DNA from: an uncultured Erysipelotrichaceae bacterium
GTDB taxonomy: Bacteria > Bacillota_I > Bacilli_A > Erysipelotrichales > Erysipelotrichaceae
Length of the DNA: 32,000 nt
NCBI GenBank assembly: GCA_942492995.1
Contig: OW818653.1
Span: 1,770,001-1,802,000, forward strand
Reading direction: 5' to 3'
The position numbers and the translations under genes were made by a program. Below the pieces are notes generated by a model. It was not told the DNA's origin, ran no database searches, and saw only the letters and a list, made by a program, of their open reading frames with translations. Position 1 is the stretch's first letter. Every line of letters begins with the position of its first letter. Of the stretch, positions 1-9,400 are shown one piece after another.

Positions 1-42
1 TTTCTTTTCATTAAAAAGTGTATTTAATATATTTTTGAACAT
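1..42 (-). CDS. 5' end of an unidentified CDS running off the left edge (visible: MFKNILNTLFNEKK...)
   Basis: ATG at complement 40-42 with AAGGAG (complement of 52-57) 9 nt upstream. The frame stays open to the window edge. Too short to assign a function. Confidence 0.3.
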   Translation of the reverse strand, partial: MFKNILNTLFNEKK

Positions 43-67
43 AGAATAATTCTCCTTAAATAAATAG

Positions 68-910
68 TTATACTTTGTATTGTAAGATGAATTCGTTTAA
101 TCTCTTTGTAGAATAAAGAATGAGTGTTTCTTTGTAATAATGCTTGAAACCCGACATATTCGCAAAACTAGATAATGGTTCGTCATTAGAATGATTTATA
201 CGCAAATCTAATACATTGTCGATTAAATCTTGAATGAATGTTACTGGGATGTTGTATTCTCCATGCCCTGGGAAAATCGAGGAAAATAGATGAACTTTTG
301 ATTGAAGTTTTCTAAGTGAATTTAGATAAACAAATAATGGTTCTTGGTTATCCATCATATAATAAACATTATATTTCATGACTGAATCACCGGTAAATAG
401 ATGTCCGTTTTTTGGATCATACAATGCGATAGAACCACTTGAATGGCCAGGGATCGATATTACTTCAATCTTTCGATCACCTAGATCAAATATATATCCA
501 TCATCTATCAATGTATACTTTGTATCAAAAATTGAGTGTTTGAAATAATCCTCAATATCCATTTCGTCTTTAAGTTTAGAATTTGGTTTATTTAAGCGAT
601 AATTTAATTGTTCAGTTTTATAGTCTAATCTGTCATTTTCTGCAAGATTCTTATAATCATAAGTAGAAATATGAACTTCATCGAATAAGAAGTTACCAGA
701 AGCATGGTCTACATCTGAATGACTATCAACAACAAAATAAGGTAAATCAGTTACTTGTTTAATAATGTCTTTAAAATCAGTAAATCCAAATCCTGTATCA
801 AATAGCAGAGCTTTTTCAGTTCCAATTATTAAATATTTATTAATTGATTGGACATCTTTTATACAGTACAAATTATCATCTATTTTAATCAATTCATGGG
901 TATAACTCAT
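68..910 (-). CDS. MBL-fold metallo-hydrolase
   Basis: 280-aa ORF. HxHxDH-type motif 'VVDSHSDVDHASGN', then 'IPGHSSGS', 'FTGDS' and 'FPGHG' ligand-like motifs. AAGGAG RBS (complement of 918-923) lies 7 nt upstream of the start. Confidence 0.8.
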   Translation of the reverse strand: MSYTHELIKIDDNLYCIKDVQSINKYLIIGTEKALLFDTGFGFTDFKDIIKQVTDLPYFVVDSHSDVDHASGNFLFDEVHISTYDYKNLAENDRLDYKTEQLNYRLNKPNSKLKDEMDIEDYFKHSIFDTKYTLIDDGYIFDLGDRKIEVISIPGHSSGSIALYDPKNGHLFTGDSVMKYNVYYMMDNQEPLFVYLNSLRKLQSKVHLFSSIFPGHGEYNIPVTFIQDLIDNVLDLRINHSNDEPLSSFANMSGFKHYYKETLILYSTKRLNEFILQYKV

Positions 911-931
911 GATTTTTCTCCTTTATAAGAT

Positions 932-960
932 ATCTCCCTATAGAATTTCTATAGGGAGAT
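932..960. other. Perfect 12-bp inverted repeat (hairpin) in the PTS-MBL intergenic spacer
   Basis: atctccctatag (932-943), aattt loop, ctatagggagat (949-960). It lies 14 nt past the PTS stop and just before the MBL gene RBS. No U-tract on either strand, so it is not a canonical intrinsic terminator. Confidence 0.5.
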
Positions 961-973
961 TATCACACACTAC

Positions 974-2347
974 TTATTTATCGTTTTCACCGTATCCAGT
1001 ATCATCAAAGCCTAACATCCATGTAGCAACCATAGTAACAACGATAGTTAGAACAATTGCGCCAATAGCAAAATAGAAGTTATTTGATCCATTAGGGTCA
1101 ATGAAGATAGGAAGAGTAAAGAATGATGGTGCACCGAAGGAATATACTTTAACTCCGAAGATGGCACAATAGATACCATTCACAATACTACCGATGAAGA
1201 CTGCGATTAATGGTTTCTTTAGTTTTAAAGAAATACTATACATTGCAGGTTCACTAATACCAGCTAAGAATGAAGTAATTGCGGTTGAAGCAGATACACC
1301 TTTAAGATTCTTGTTTTTAGTTTTTAGGAATACAGCTGCAGAGACAGCGAATGCGGTAAAGTTAACACCTATAAATGCTGGTAATAATAAGTTATCAAAG
1401 CCTAATGTTTGGAAATTAGTAATAATAATTGGGAGTAATGCTAAATGTGTTCCAGTTAATAATAAGATTGGAGCAATAGCGCCCATAACTAATATTCCAA
1501 GCCAAGGAGCAACATTATAAATCGATGTTAATCCAGATCCAAGGGTTTTACCAAACCAAGTACCAAGAGGACCTGTAACGATTAACATTACTGGTACCAT
1601 TACAAGTACAATCAATAATGGTTTAAATACATATTTAACAGCCGAAGGAACATATTTTTCTACGAATTTTTCAACCCATGACATTGCATAGATTGTTAAG
1701 ATAATTGGAATAAGTGAAGATGAATAGTTTACAAGTGTCATTGGTAAACCAAGTAAAGTAACTGGGGCACCTGTTGTAACAATCGTTAGAATAGTAGGAT
1801 GTAACATAACGCCTGCTAAGAAAATAGCTAATACAGGGCTTGTTTTAAAGCGTAGTGCGGAAGTGTAAGCTAATAGGAATGGTAAGAAGTAAAATGCGAC
1901 GTTTGATACAGCATTGAATACAACGTAGGTATTACTTTCTTTTGATAATCCTAAATAACCAGCAACAATTAATAATGCACTTAGTAAACCACTCGCAATA
2001 ATTGCTGGAACAGCTGGAGAAATTATTGCGGAAACAGTACTCATAAACAAATCAAATGGATTTGTTTTAGCAGTTTTTGCCTCATCTGTATTTACACTGT
2101 ATTTTTCTGATATAACTTTGTAGACTCGGTTTGCGTTGTTGCCAATAATGATTTGATAACCACCCATAGACTTAACAACATCTAATACATCATTTAATTT
2201 TTTAATAGCTTCAATATCGAATGATTTTTCATCCTTTACAAAAACTCTTAATCTCGTTGAACAGTACGAGATTGATGCGAAATTTTCTGCTCCACCTGCG
2301 TTTTCAACGATAGATTGAGCTAAACTCTCAAAATTCTCTTGTTTCAT
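974..2347 (-). CDS. PTS sugar transporter EIIBC component (glucose/beta-glucoside class), no EIIA domain
   Basis: 457-aa ORF. N-terminal EIIB phosphocysteine motif 'YCSTRLRV', followed by a long polytopic hydrophobic EIIC body. Sits directly downstream of a BglG/LicT antiterminator gene. Confidence 0.9.
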   Translation of the reverse strand: MKQENFESLAQSIVENAGGAENFASISYCSTRLRVFVKDEKSFDIEAIKKLNDVLDVVKSMGGYQIIIGNNANRVYKVISEKYSVNTDEAKTAKTNPFDLFMSTVSAIISPAVPAIIASGLLSALLIVAGYLGLSKESNTYVVFNAVSNVAFYFLPFLLAYTSALRFKTSPVLAIFLAGVMLHPTILTIVTTGAPVTLLGLPMTLVNYSSSLIPIILTIYAMSWVEKFVEKYVPSAVKYVFKPLLIVLVMVPVMLIVTGPLGTWFGKTLGSGLTSIYNVAPWLGILVMGAIAPILLLTGTHLALLPIIITNFQTLGFDNLLLPAFIGVNFTAFAVSAAVFLKTKNKNLKGVSASTAITSFLAGISEPAMYSISLKLKKPLIAVFIGSIVNGIYCAIFGVKVYSFGAPSFFTLPIFIDPNGSNNFYFAIGAIVLTIVVTMVATWMLGFDDTGYGENDK

Positions 2348-2406
2348 AATTTAAACCTTTCCTTTTTATGTCAATCATATGTGGCCAGCATACGAATGAT
2401 ATTAAT

Positions 2407-3246
2407 TTAAATATCCAATATACGAGCAAGGTGAATAATTAGATACAGTCGATCTGAATCAGAGACAGTATATTTATTCGATTGATAGGTATAGTTTGCG
2501 ATCTTTTCAACACATGCGTAGATCTGTGGATATTTCTCAACTAACATGCAATACAAGGAATCATCTTTTAAACTCTTTGTGTCAGATTTTGACTTGCTAA
2601 ATACACGATGCATAAAGAATTTTAGATGAACTTTAAAGCGAGAATAATCGATTGTGTCATTGTGTTCAGATATGTTTAGATTCTCTTCGACGATATTAGA
2701 GATTTCTTTAATTTCTCTAACAATCTCTATCGTGTCATCTAATGTTTCGGTTTGTTGAGCGTTGATTAAATGGAAAGCTATAAATCCCGCTTCTGCTTCA
2801 TCTAACAATACGGAGAAGTGCGAATTCATACGATTTACTATTTCTTTTCCAATCTCAAATTCTCCACTATAGAAATTCTGTATTTCATCTACTAATAAAT
2901 TTGGTATATATAAACCTTTACGGTTTTTCTGGATGCTGAAGTAAATATGATCGGTTAATGCGATAAGTAAATTGCTATCTAGTTTTGTTTTTATTTGGGA
3001 TTGTGCATATTCAATAACTTTTTCTGTGAAGTCAATGTACTCTAGAGGTATTTCTGATACAAGTCCTTCTATTCTTGATTTTTGTGTTTCGTTTTTTGGA
3101 TAGAATATCTTTTCTATGCAATGTTCTTCTATTTCTTCATAGAGAGATTTCTTAAAAGCAATACCTTTACCTATAACGATTATCTCTTTATTCGATATAT
3201 CTCTTGAGATAACTGCATTATTGTTTAGGATTTTATATATCAGCAT
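2407..3246 (-). CDS. BglG/LicT/SacY-family PRD-containing transcription antiterminator
   Basis: 279-aa ORF. N-terminus 'MLIYKILNNNAVIS...VIGKGIAFKK' fits the CAT RNA-binding domain pattern. Two PRD-like halves with conserved His ('ALTDHIYF', 'AFHLINA', 'KVHLKFFMHR', 'LIIHLARI'). AGGAG RBS is present and a RAT/terminator leader lies upstream. Confidence 0.9.
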   Translation of the reverse strand: MLIYKILNNNAVISRDISNKEIIVIGKGIAFKKSLYEEIEEHCIEKIFYPKNETQKSRIEGLVSEIPLEYIDFTEKVIEYAQSQIKTKLDSNLLIALTDHIYFSIQKNRKGLYIPNLLVDEIQNFYSGEFEIGKEIVNRMNSHFSVLLDEAEAGFIAFHLINAQQTETLDDTIEIVREIKEISNIVEENLNISEHNDTIDYSRFKVHLKFFMHRVFSKSKSDTKSLKDDSLYCMLVEKYPQIYACVEKIANYTYQSNKYTVSDSDRLYLIIHLARILDI

Positions 3247-3263
3247 TTTAATCTCCTTTCTGG

Positions 3264-3316
3264 AAATAAATAAAAGGCAAAACCATTAATCTGGTCTTGC
3301 CTTTGGGTTACAATCC
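3264..3316 (-). promoter_or_regulatory. RAT (ribonucleic antiterminator) overlapping an intrinsic terminator in the licT-like leader
   Basis: The minus strand reads GGATTGTAACCCAAAGGCAAGACC (complement of 3293-3316), resembling the RAT consensus GGATTGT..AC....GGCAAAACC. Its 3' half is the 5' arm of a 12-bp stem (AAAGGCAAGACC / GGUUUUGCCUUU, one G-U pair; 3293-3304 and 3273-3284) with an 8-nt loop, followed by UAUUUAUUU. Confidence 0.65.
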
Positions 3317-3328
3317 TTTATCGCTTAA

Positions 3329-3357
3329 ATCTTAGCACTCACTAAAATAATTGTCAA
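3329..3357 (-). promoter_or_regulatory. Sigma-A-type promoter for the antiterminator/PTS operon
   Basis: Minus strand TTGACA (complement of 3352-3357), 17-nt spacer, TAAGAT (complement of 3329-3334). The predicted TSS falls a few nt before the RAT. Confidence 0.5.
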
Positions 3358-3580
3358 TCATCGTATGCAGGATTTTTTGTTGAACCAAATTATTAAAGTA
3401 AACTCTATTTTTTGAATTGTACAGAAATTAGTCTAAGAAATTTAAAGTGCTTATACTAATATTAAAATTGATTAAATTAGTCAAGATTATTGAATATTTT
3501 ATCTAAAATGCATTATATTGGCTATTTAAAAATAAATGTTTAGGAAAGTTGATTTATATGAGTGTTTATGTGGACATGTA

Positions 3581-3609
3581 TTAGACATATCTTTTCATTC
3601 AGGTATAAT
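3581..3609 (+). promoter_or_regulatory. Candidate sigma-A promoter for the 13-kb plus-strand defence array
   Basis: TTAGAC (3581-3586), 17-nt spacer, TATAAT (3604-3609), about 70 nt upstream of ATG 3681. It is the only good -35/-10 pair I see in the 350-bp AT-rich spacer. GACAT is duplicated across the -35 region (3573-3577 and 3584-3588). Confidence 0.4.
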
Positions 3610-3680
3610 TAAAATGTCCGTATATATCAATATCTATAATTAATACAATTTATAACAATTCAAAATCTAAGAGGTGGGTA

Positions 3681-6443
3681 ATGGGGTTTGATCGTAATAA
3701 GTTTGAGAAGAGAGTACAAAAAGAATTTAAGACTAGACTATTAGTTGGTGATATTTATGTAAATGAAATAGAGTATGTTTATTTGATAGAATACTTCAAA
3801 AATAATTGTGACATTCTACAATATGATGCAAATAGAAAACCTGATAGGATTTTTTCATTAGCATTAGTACAAATTGGAATTCATGATTACGATGGAAATT
3901 ATTGGGAACATCTCGACAAAATCGTTGGTTATCCAGTAGTAGGAGAACACAGAAAAAGAATAAGTGAGCTATTTTATAAAACACTGTACATATATGAGAA
4001 GCCTATTATAGATAAAAATGAATTTGTAAAAAATGTGTTAATGCATGGATTTGTATCAAATCATTATTGCAAGAATTTATTTGATTTCCTATATAAATTT
4101 TATTCAATTGACATAGAGCGAAATCTAAAGTGGGAAAGTTTTGGTGATGCTCTTAATATTCTAATTGATTCGATTAAAGATGAATCACATTTGGATGAAA
4201 ATAATACGACAAATAGAGAATATATGCTTGTTAAACAGACAATACAAGCTATGAGGTTTTTAAGTAAGAAAAGTATTAGGATGAGATTCAAATGGTTATT
4301 AAAATATCTTGATGCAATAACTTTTAATGAGGAAGTTAAATCAAATTCCAAATCTAGACTAATAAATCAGATGATAAACTGGAGCAATACTTCACAATCA
4401 AAAGCAAGAATCGATAAAGAATATAGAAACCAAAATAACGTTACATATAGAAATGAAATACCATATATAAAATATAAAGAAAGTAATGATAATTTTACTC
4501 TTTATATTCCAAGTCAACGACATATAATAAGAAGAAATAGTGATTTGAAAATATATCTTAATATTGGGAATGAAAGAAAGGAATTACTTATAGGTTTAAA
4601 TGAATTTTCTACAATTATAAAAACAATGGATTATAAAGTAGAAATTAAATATGAAGACTTATTTAAAGACATGAGTATTGATGTATATGCCGGTGAAAAA
4701 TGTATAAAAATTCAAATATTAACTGGAAGTCAAATAGTGTTTTTCAATCAAGAATTTATATCCAATAAGATAAATGACAATAAACAAAGTGTTCACTTTG
4801 GTATTAATAATGCATTAACTAATAACGAAACGAGAGTTTCAAGTTCTATGAGTACAAATTATGTTAGATTTCATGGAGGTAGATTATATACTTTTAATTT
4901 TAGTACTAGTGACTATTTATTCGTAGATTCAACACAATTATATACTCCAAACCAAAAATATATTGAAGGTATTAATAACTCACATAAAATAGACTTTATT
5001 AAATGTAATAATTTAAACGTTTATAATAAGGTTCCAATAATTTTTATAAAATCACAAAAAGATAAATTATCTGGTTTAAAGTATATTGTAAATGAAAATG
5101 TATACAGACGAGATGAATCTATAATTATGTTAGATAGTTTTGAAATTTCAAATCTAGAAATCCAAATAGTCTTAAATTTAGAAAGTAATAAAAATATAAA
5201 AACTGGAGAAAATAAAATTCTAATTGATTTTCCTGGATTAAAGGCAAGAGAATATAGTTTTATTTATTTACCAGATCTAACATTTGAGTTTGTTAATGAA
5301 CCCTTTATTTTCACATCTGAGGGTTATATTGATTTTATAGGTAATAAGAACATTTATTCTCAATATGAGTCAAAGAATGGCCGTTATAAGTTTGAAATTA
5401 GTAATCAAAAAAACTATGAGTTCTTTTATAACATAGATAACCAAGAATTAAAATTAAATGTTAAACCACCTATTTTTGAAATATTTGATATTAATGATGA
5501 ACAAATTGAAATGAAACCGTTTGGAGATCAATGGCATAAGAATTTTAATTATAGCAAAATGCTTAGATATTATAATTATTTTGAAGTTATTATAAACAAA
5601 AATATTAATATGAGAATAAAGCCTGAAAGAGACTCCGATGGATATTTCCAATGTGACCTATCGAAACTCAAATCTTGGTTTTATGATATTAATGAAACAA
5701 GTTGTACCGTAAATATTGAAATAGGTAATAAGTACTACGATTTAGCTAGAGTTTTCTTAAGAACTGAAATATTGGGTTTCTCATCACTTGAATTCAATGA
5801 AGATAAAAAAGAATTAGAGGCTGAGTTTGATAAGATTGGTGACGATAATTTGTATTTGTCTATTAAAAACTTAAATAGTGATTTCGCTATTTGCGAAAAA
5901 TCCGAATTAGTTAGTAACAAGATTTCAATACATAGTGAAGGTGAAGCTGGAATCTATGAAATTGAATTCTTCATAAAATCTGGTGGGTTTTCAAGGAATT
6001 TTGTTAGTATTTATAAAATTAAGAGAGAACTAATTACAAATAATTTTGTTGGAATAAAATTTAAGTTGGTAAGTCATTACTTCGATAAATTTAGGTTCCA
6101 AGTTCACAAATATGCCGAATCAACAAATTTACGGATTGAAAGAAAAATATCAAATAATGAATATATTGCCGAATTGTTTTCTTCTTTTTATGACGAAACT
6201 ACAAAAAAATTTGTAAAAGAAAATTTGTGTAAAGTTCTAATAAGAATAATTGATTTTAATAAATATTATAGATCTGAAATAATGCTTCTTGATGAAGATG
6301 AGGATGATCCACTTCCACTATTATATGACAAGCAATTAAAACGATTAGTAGTTGATGAAGACCATACATTAGATAGTAAGACAAGGTATAGCAGATATTC
6401 GTTTTTAGATGATGTTACTTTCGATTTAGAAATAGGAGCGTAA
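3681..6443 (+). CDS. Large protein of unknown function; positional equivalent of DruH (type III Druantia)
   Basis: 920-aa ORF with RBS GAGGTGGG (3671-3678). Its stop is 4 nt before the next ATG. I recognise no catalytic motif; the DruH-like label rests only on size and position upstream of a DruE-type helicase. Confidence 0.5.
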   Translation: MGFDRNKFEKRVQKEFKTRLLVGDIYVNEIEYVYLIEYFKNNCDILQYDANRKPDRIFSLALVQIGIHDYDGNYWEHLDKIVGYPVVGEHRKRISELFYKTLYIYEKPIIDKNEFVKNVLMHGFVSNHYCKNLFDFLYKFYSIDIERNLKWESFGDALNILIDSIKDESHLDENNTTNREYMLVKQTIQAMRFLSKKSIRMRFKWLLKYLDAITFNEEVKSNSKSRLINQMINWSNTSQSKARIDKEYRNQNNVTYRNEIPYIKYKESNDNFTLYIPSQRHIIRRNSDLKIYLNIGNERKELLIGLNEFSTIIKTMDYKVEIKYEDLFKDMSIDVYAGEKCIKIQILTGSQIVFFNQEFISNKINDNKQSVHFGINNALTNNETRVSSSMSTNYVRFHGGRLYTFNFSTSDYLFVDSTQLYTPNQKYIEGINNSHKIDFIKCNNLNVYNKVPIIFIKSQKDKLSGLKYIVNENVYRRDESIIMLDSFEISNLEIQIVLNLESNKNIKTGENKILIDFPGLKAREYSFIYLPDLTFEFVNEPFIFTSEGYIDFIGNKNIYSQYESKNGRYKFEISNQKNYEFFYNIDNQELKLNVKPPIFEIFDINDEQIEMKPFGDQWHKNFNYSKMLRYYNYFEVIINKNINMRIKPERDSDGYFQCDLSKLKSWFYDINETSCTVNIEIGNKYYDLARVFLRTEILGFSSLEFNEDKKELEAEFDKIGDDNLYLSIKNLNSDFAICEKSELVSNKISIHSEGEAGIYEIEFFIKSGGFSRNFVSIYKIKRELITNNFVGIKFKLVSHYFDKFRFQVHKYAESTNLRIERKISNNEYIAELFSSFYDETTKKFVKENLCKVLIRIIDFNKYYRSEIMLLDEDEDDPLPLLYDKQLKRLVVDEDHTLDSKTRYSRYSFLDDVTFDLEIGA

Positions 6444-6447
6444 ATAA

Positions 6448-9400
6448 ATGTTTTCACCAGTTAATGCATCTACTAATATAGTTAATAAGTATTTAAGGTA
6501 TCTGAACACGATATTTCAATTAAACGATGAAGAATATACTAAATTATTTAAAAAGGAACTGAGTAAAGTAGGAAGTTTCTATAAAGGTCCGTATTTGGAT
6601 GTTTCAAATTCATATAAAAAAGAATCTAATATTGAAGAATTAATTTCAATTGGAAAACTGAATAGAAATTTTGCGAGAATTAACATTAATAAGGAACGTC
6701 AATTATATTCACATCAAATAAATGCATTGAACAAAGTAATAATGGGTAAAAATATCGTTGTATCTACAGGTACTGGTTCAGGTAAAACAGAATCTTTCTT
6801 GATTCCTATACTTAATAGTTTAGCTTCAGAGCAAGATAAGAATACATTAGATTCTGGAGTTAGAGCTTTATTAATTTACCCAATGAATGCTTTAGCAAAT
6901 GATCAAATTGATAGATTGAGAGTAGTACTTAAAGATTATCCAGAAATAACATTTGGTTCATATACTGGTCAAACTGAAAATGATGAGAAGAGTGCTCAAA
7001 ATAAATATAACGAATTAAATAAATCAAAACCATTAATTAATGAATTGATTTCTAGAGAGAGGATGCATTTATCTCCACCAAATATATTAATAACTAATTA
7101 TTCAATGCTAGAGTATCTTTTACTAAGGCCTGAATCTTCAGTTTTTTTTAGTAATAAATTTGCAGATAAATGGAAATATATTGTTCTTGATGAAGCGCAT
7201 GTTTATAGTGGATCAACAGGGATAGAGGTTTCTTATCTTTTAAAACGACTAAATACGAGACTTGAAAATCCGAATATACAGTATATTCTAACTAGTGCGA
7301 CATTAGGATCTGAGGAAGAGAACAATGATGTAGCGAGTTTTGCGCAAGACTTATGTTCATCTAAATTTGATGGTGCAGATGTTATAAGAGCTGAGAGAGT
7401 TAATATGCAACCAGAGGGAAATCTCTCCATTTATGACATAGAAACATATTCTATTCTCGCAAGTGATATTGAAACTTCTAGTGAAGAATATGTACTAAAT
7501 TTACTTTCCGAAGTTTATCATGTGAGTTCAGGTAGCTTGAACAATGCACTTTATGATTTTGTTATTAAGGATAAAAATTATTGGTCAATAAAATATTTTC
7601 TTAATGAGCCTAAAACTATTATCGAAATAAGTGAGCATATGAATTGGACGATAAAAGAAGTTGAAGATTTTGTTTATGTTGCTTCAAAAGCTGTAAAAGA
7701 TGAAATAAAACTATTTGATTCTCGATATCATATGTTTTTAAAGTCGACTGAAAGTGTATTTATTACACTTAGTCCTCTAAAGAGAGTGTTTCTTGAAAGA
7801 AAGAAAATACATATCGAAAATAATAGAGAATATAAGGTATTTGAGATATCTACATGTATTTACTGTAGTTCAATATATATACATGGCGAAATTGATTTAG
7901 AAATGAAACTTCAGCAAAAATCACAGTATAATCTTGATACAGATCACCATGTTTTTTTACTTAAGGATAAATACTCAAATGATAACGAAGATAATGAAGG
8001 ATCAGATAATTTATCAGAATATTTACTATGTCCATATTGTGGACATATTGTATCAGAAAAGGATAGAAAAGCTAAATTATGTGAACATTCAAAAAGTGAA
8101 TATGTTAAGGTAATAAAAGTAAAATTAAAAGATTCGAAAAAATTAACAAAATGTTATGTTTGTGAGAATAAGAATAATACAGGTGTTCTAAGAGGTTTTT
8201 ATTCAGGCCATGAAGCAGTTTCAAGTGTCATTTCAAGCGCACTATATGAAGAATTACCTTCAACACTAGTTGAAAATATTAAAAAAACAAATTCTGGTGG
8301 TTTTGGTAAAAGAGTAAATCAGCCAACATTAACATCTTTGGCTAAACAATTTTTAGCATTTTCAGATTCTCGACAAGCTGCAGCATACTTTGCATCATAT
8401 TTTGATACAACATACAAACAATTATTGTTTAGAAGAGTACTTGTTAACATTATTAGTAAAATGGATAAAAATTTCTCTATGGACTTTAAGGAAATAGCAA
8501 ATAAATTAGAACTCTCATTTCTACATGATCTAAATGTGGATAATGCAAAGATGTTGGCTTATCAAACACTTTATAATGAACTCTTTAATATAAATACGAG
8601 TAATTCATTATCAAAAAAAGGATTACTGAATTTCAATTATAATTTGGAATCAAACTATCCAATTCTTGATTTGACAGAAAATGAATTGAACGATTTTTGC
8701 ATGATAATAGCTGAAACAATGATGCAGTCTGGTGCCATAAATGTCGATGGAATGGAAGCCGGTCTCACAGAGAATGATTATGACTTTTTTACTTATTCTT
8801 CAAAGCTTACTGGATTCAAACTTAATATAACAGAACCAAATAATAAAATAATCTCATTTACACCTTCAAAATTGAATGGAATGAATAAAAGATTGGATTA
8901 TGTTATCAGATTAATGAAGAAAAAAGGTATTTATGAGAATGATGAGAAAGCTCTAAGAATTCTTGAAGAAGTTTTTAATGATTTTGAACATGATTTACTA
9001 ATCAGAGATAAAAATAATAGTTCTTTTAGAATAGATCCTAAAATGCTTAATGTTTCAGTAAGAAAGTTATATAAATGTGATAAATGTTATTCATATACAC
9101 ATCATAATATTCAGAAAATTTGTCCTTCATACAAATGCCAAGGTAATTTACATGAAGTTCTACCAGATAAAGAATTTGAAGATGATCATTATTATCAACT
9201 TTACAAAACAATGGAAATAAATTCTATGAGAATAGTTGAGCATACTGCTCAACTTTCAAGTGATAAAGCTTATGCATTTCAGAAAGAATTTGTCGACAAA
9301 AAAATAAATATATTAAGCTGTTCAACAACATTTGAAATGGGTGTTGATGTTGGAACACTTGAAACAGTATTCTTAAGAAATATGCCGCCATCCCCAGCTA

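Noticed and set aside
932-960. The perfect 12-bp hairpin between the PTS and MBL genes as an intrinsic terminator.
   Set aside because: No U-tract follows on either strand, and the MBL gene RBS lies immediately downstream. It is recorded only as an inverted repeat of unknown role, possibly an RNA-stabilising or processing hairpin or an operator.
1194-1520. ORF-track entries antisense to or nested in long genes, such as 1194-1520(+), 3796-3984(-), 4100-4351(-), 5454-5651(-), 7233-7430(-), 13444-13650(-), 18220-18504(+), 20199-20435(-), 28265-28504(-), 29524-29730(-) and 31011-31253(-).
   Set aside because: Each lies wholly inside a much longer ORF with clear family motifs on the other strand or frame, lacks an RBS, and has low-complexity composition typical of shadow ORFs in A+T-rich DNA.
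2348-2406. A second RAT/terminator between the antiterminator gene and the PTS gene.
   Set aside because: The minus strand of this 59-nt spacer has no GGATTGT-type RAT and no stem-loop with a U-tract, only the PTS RBS (AAAGGAAAGG).
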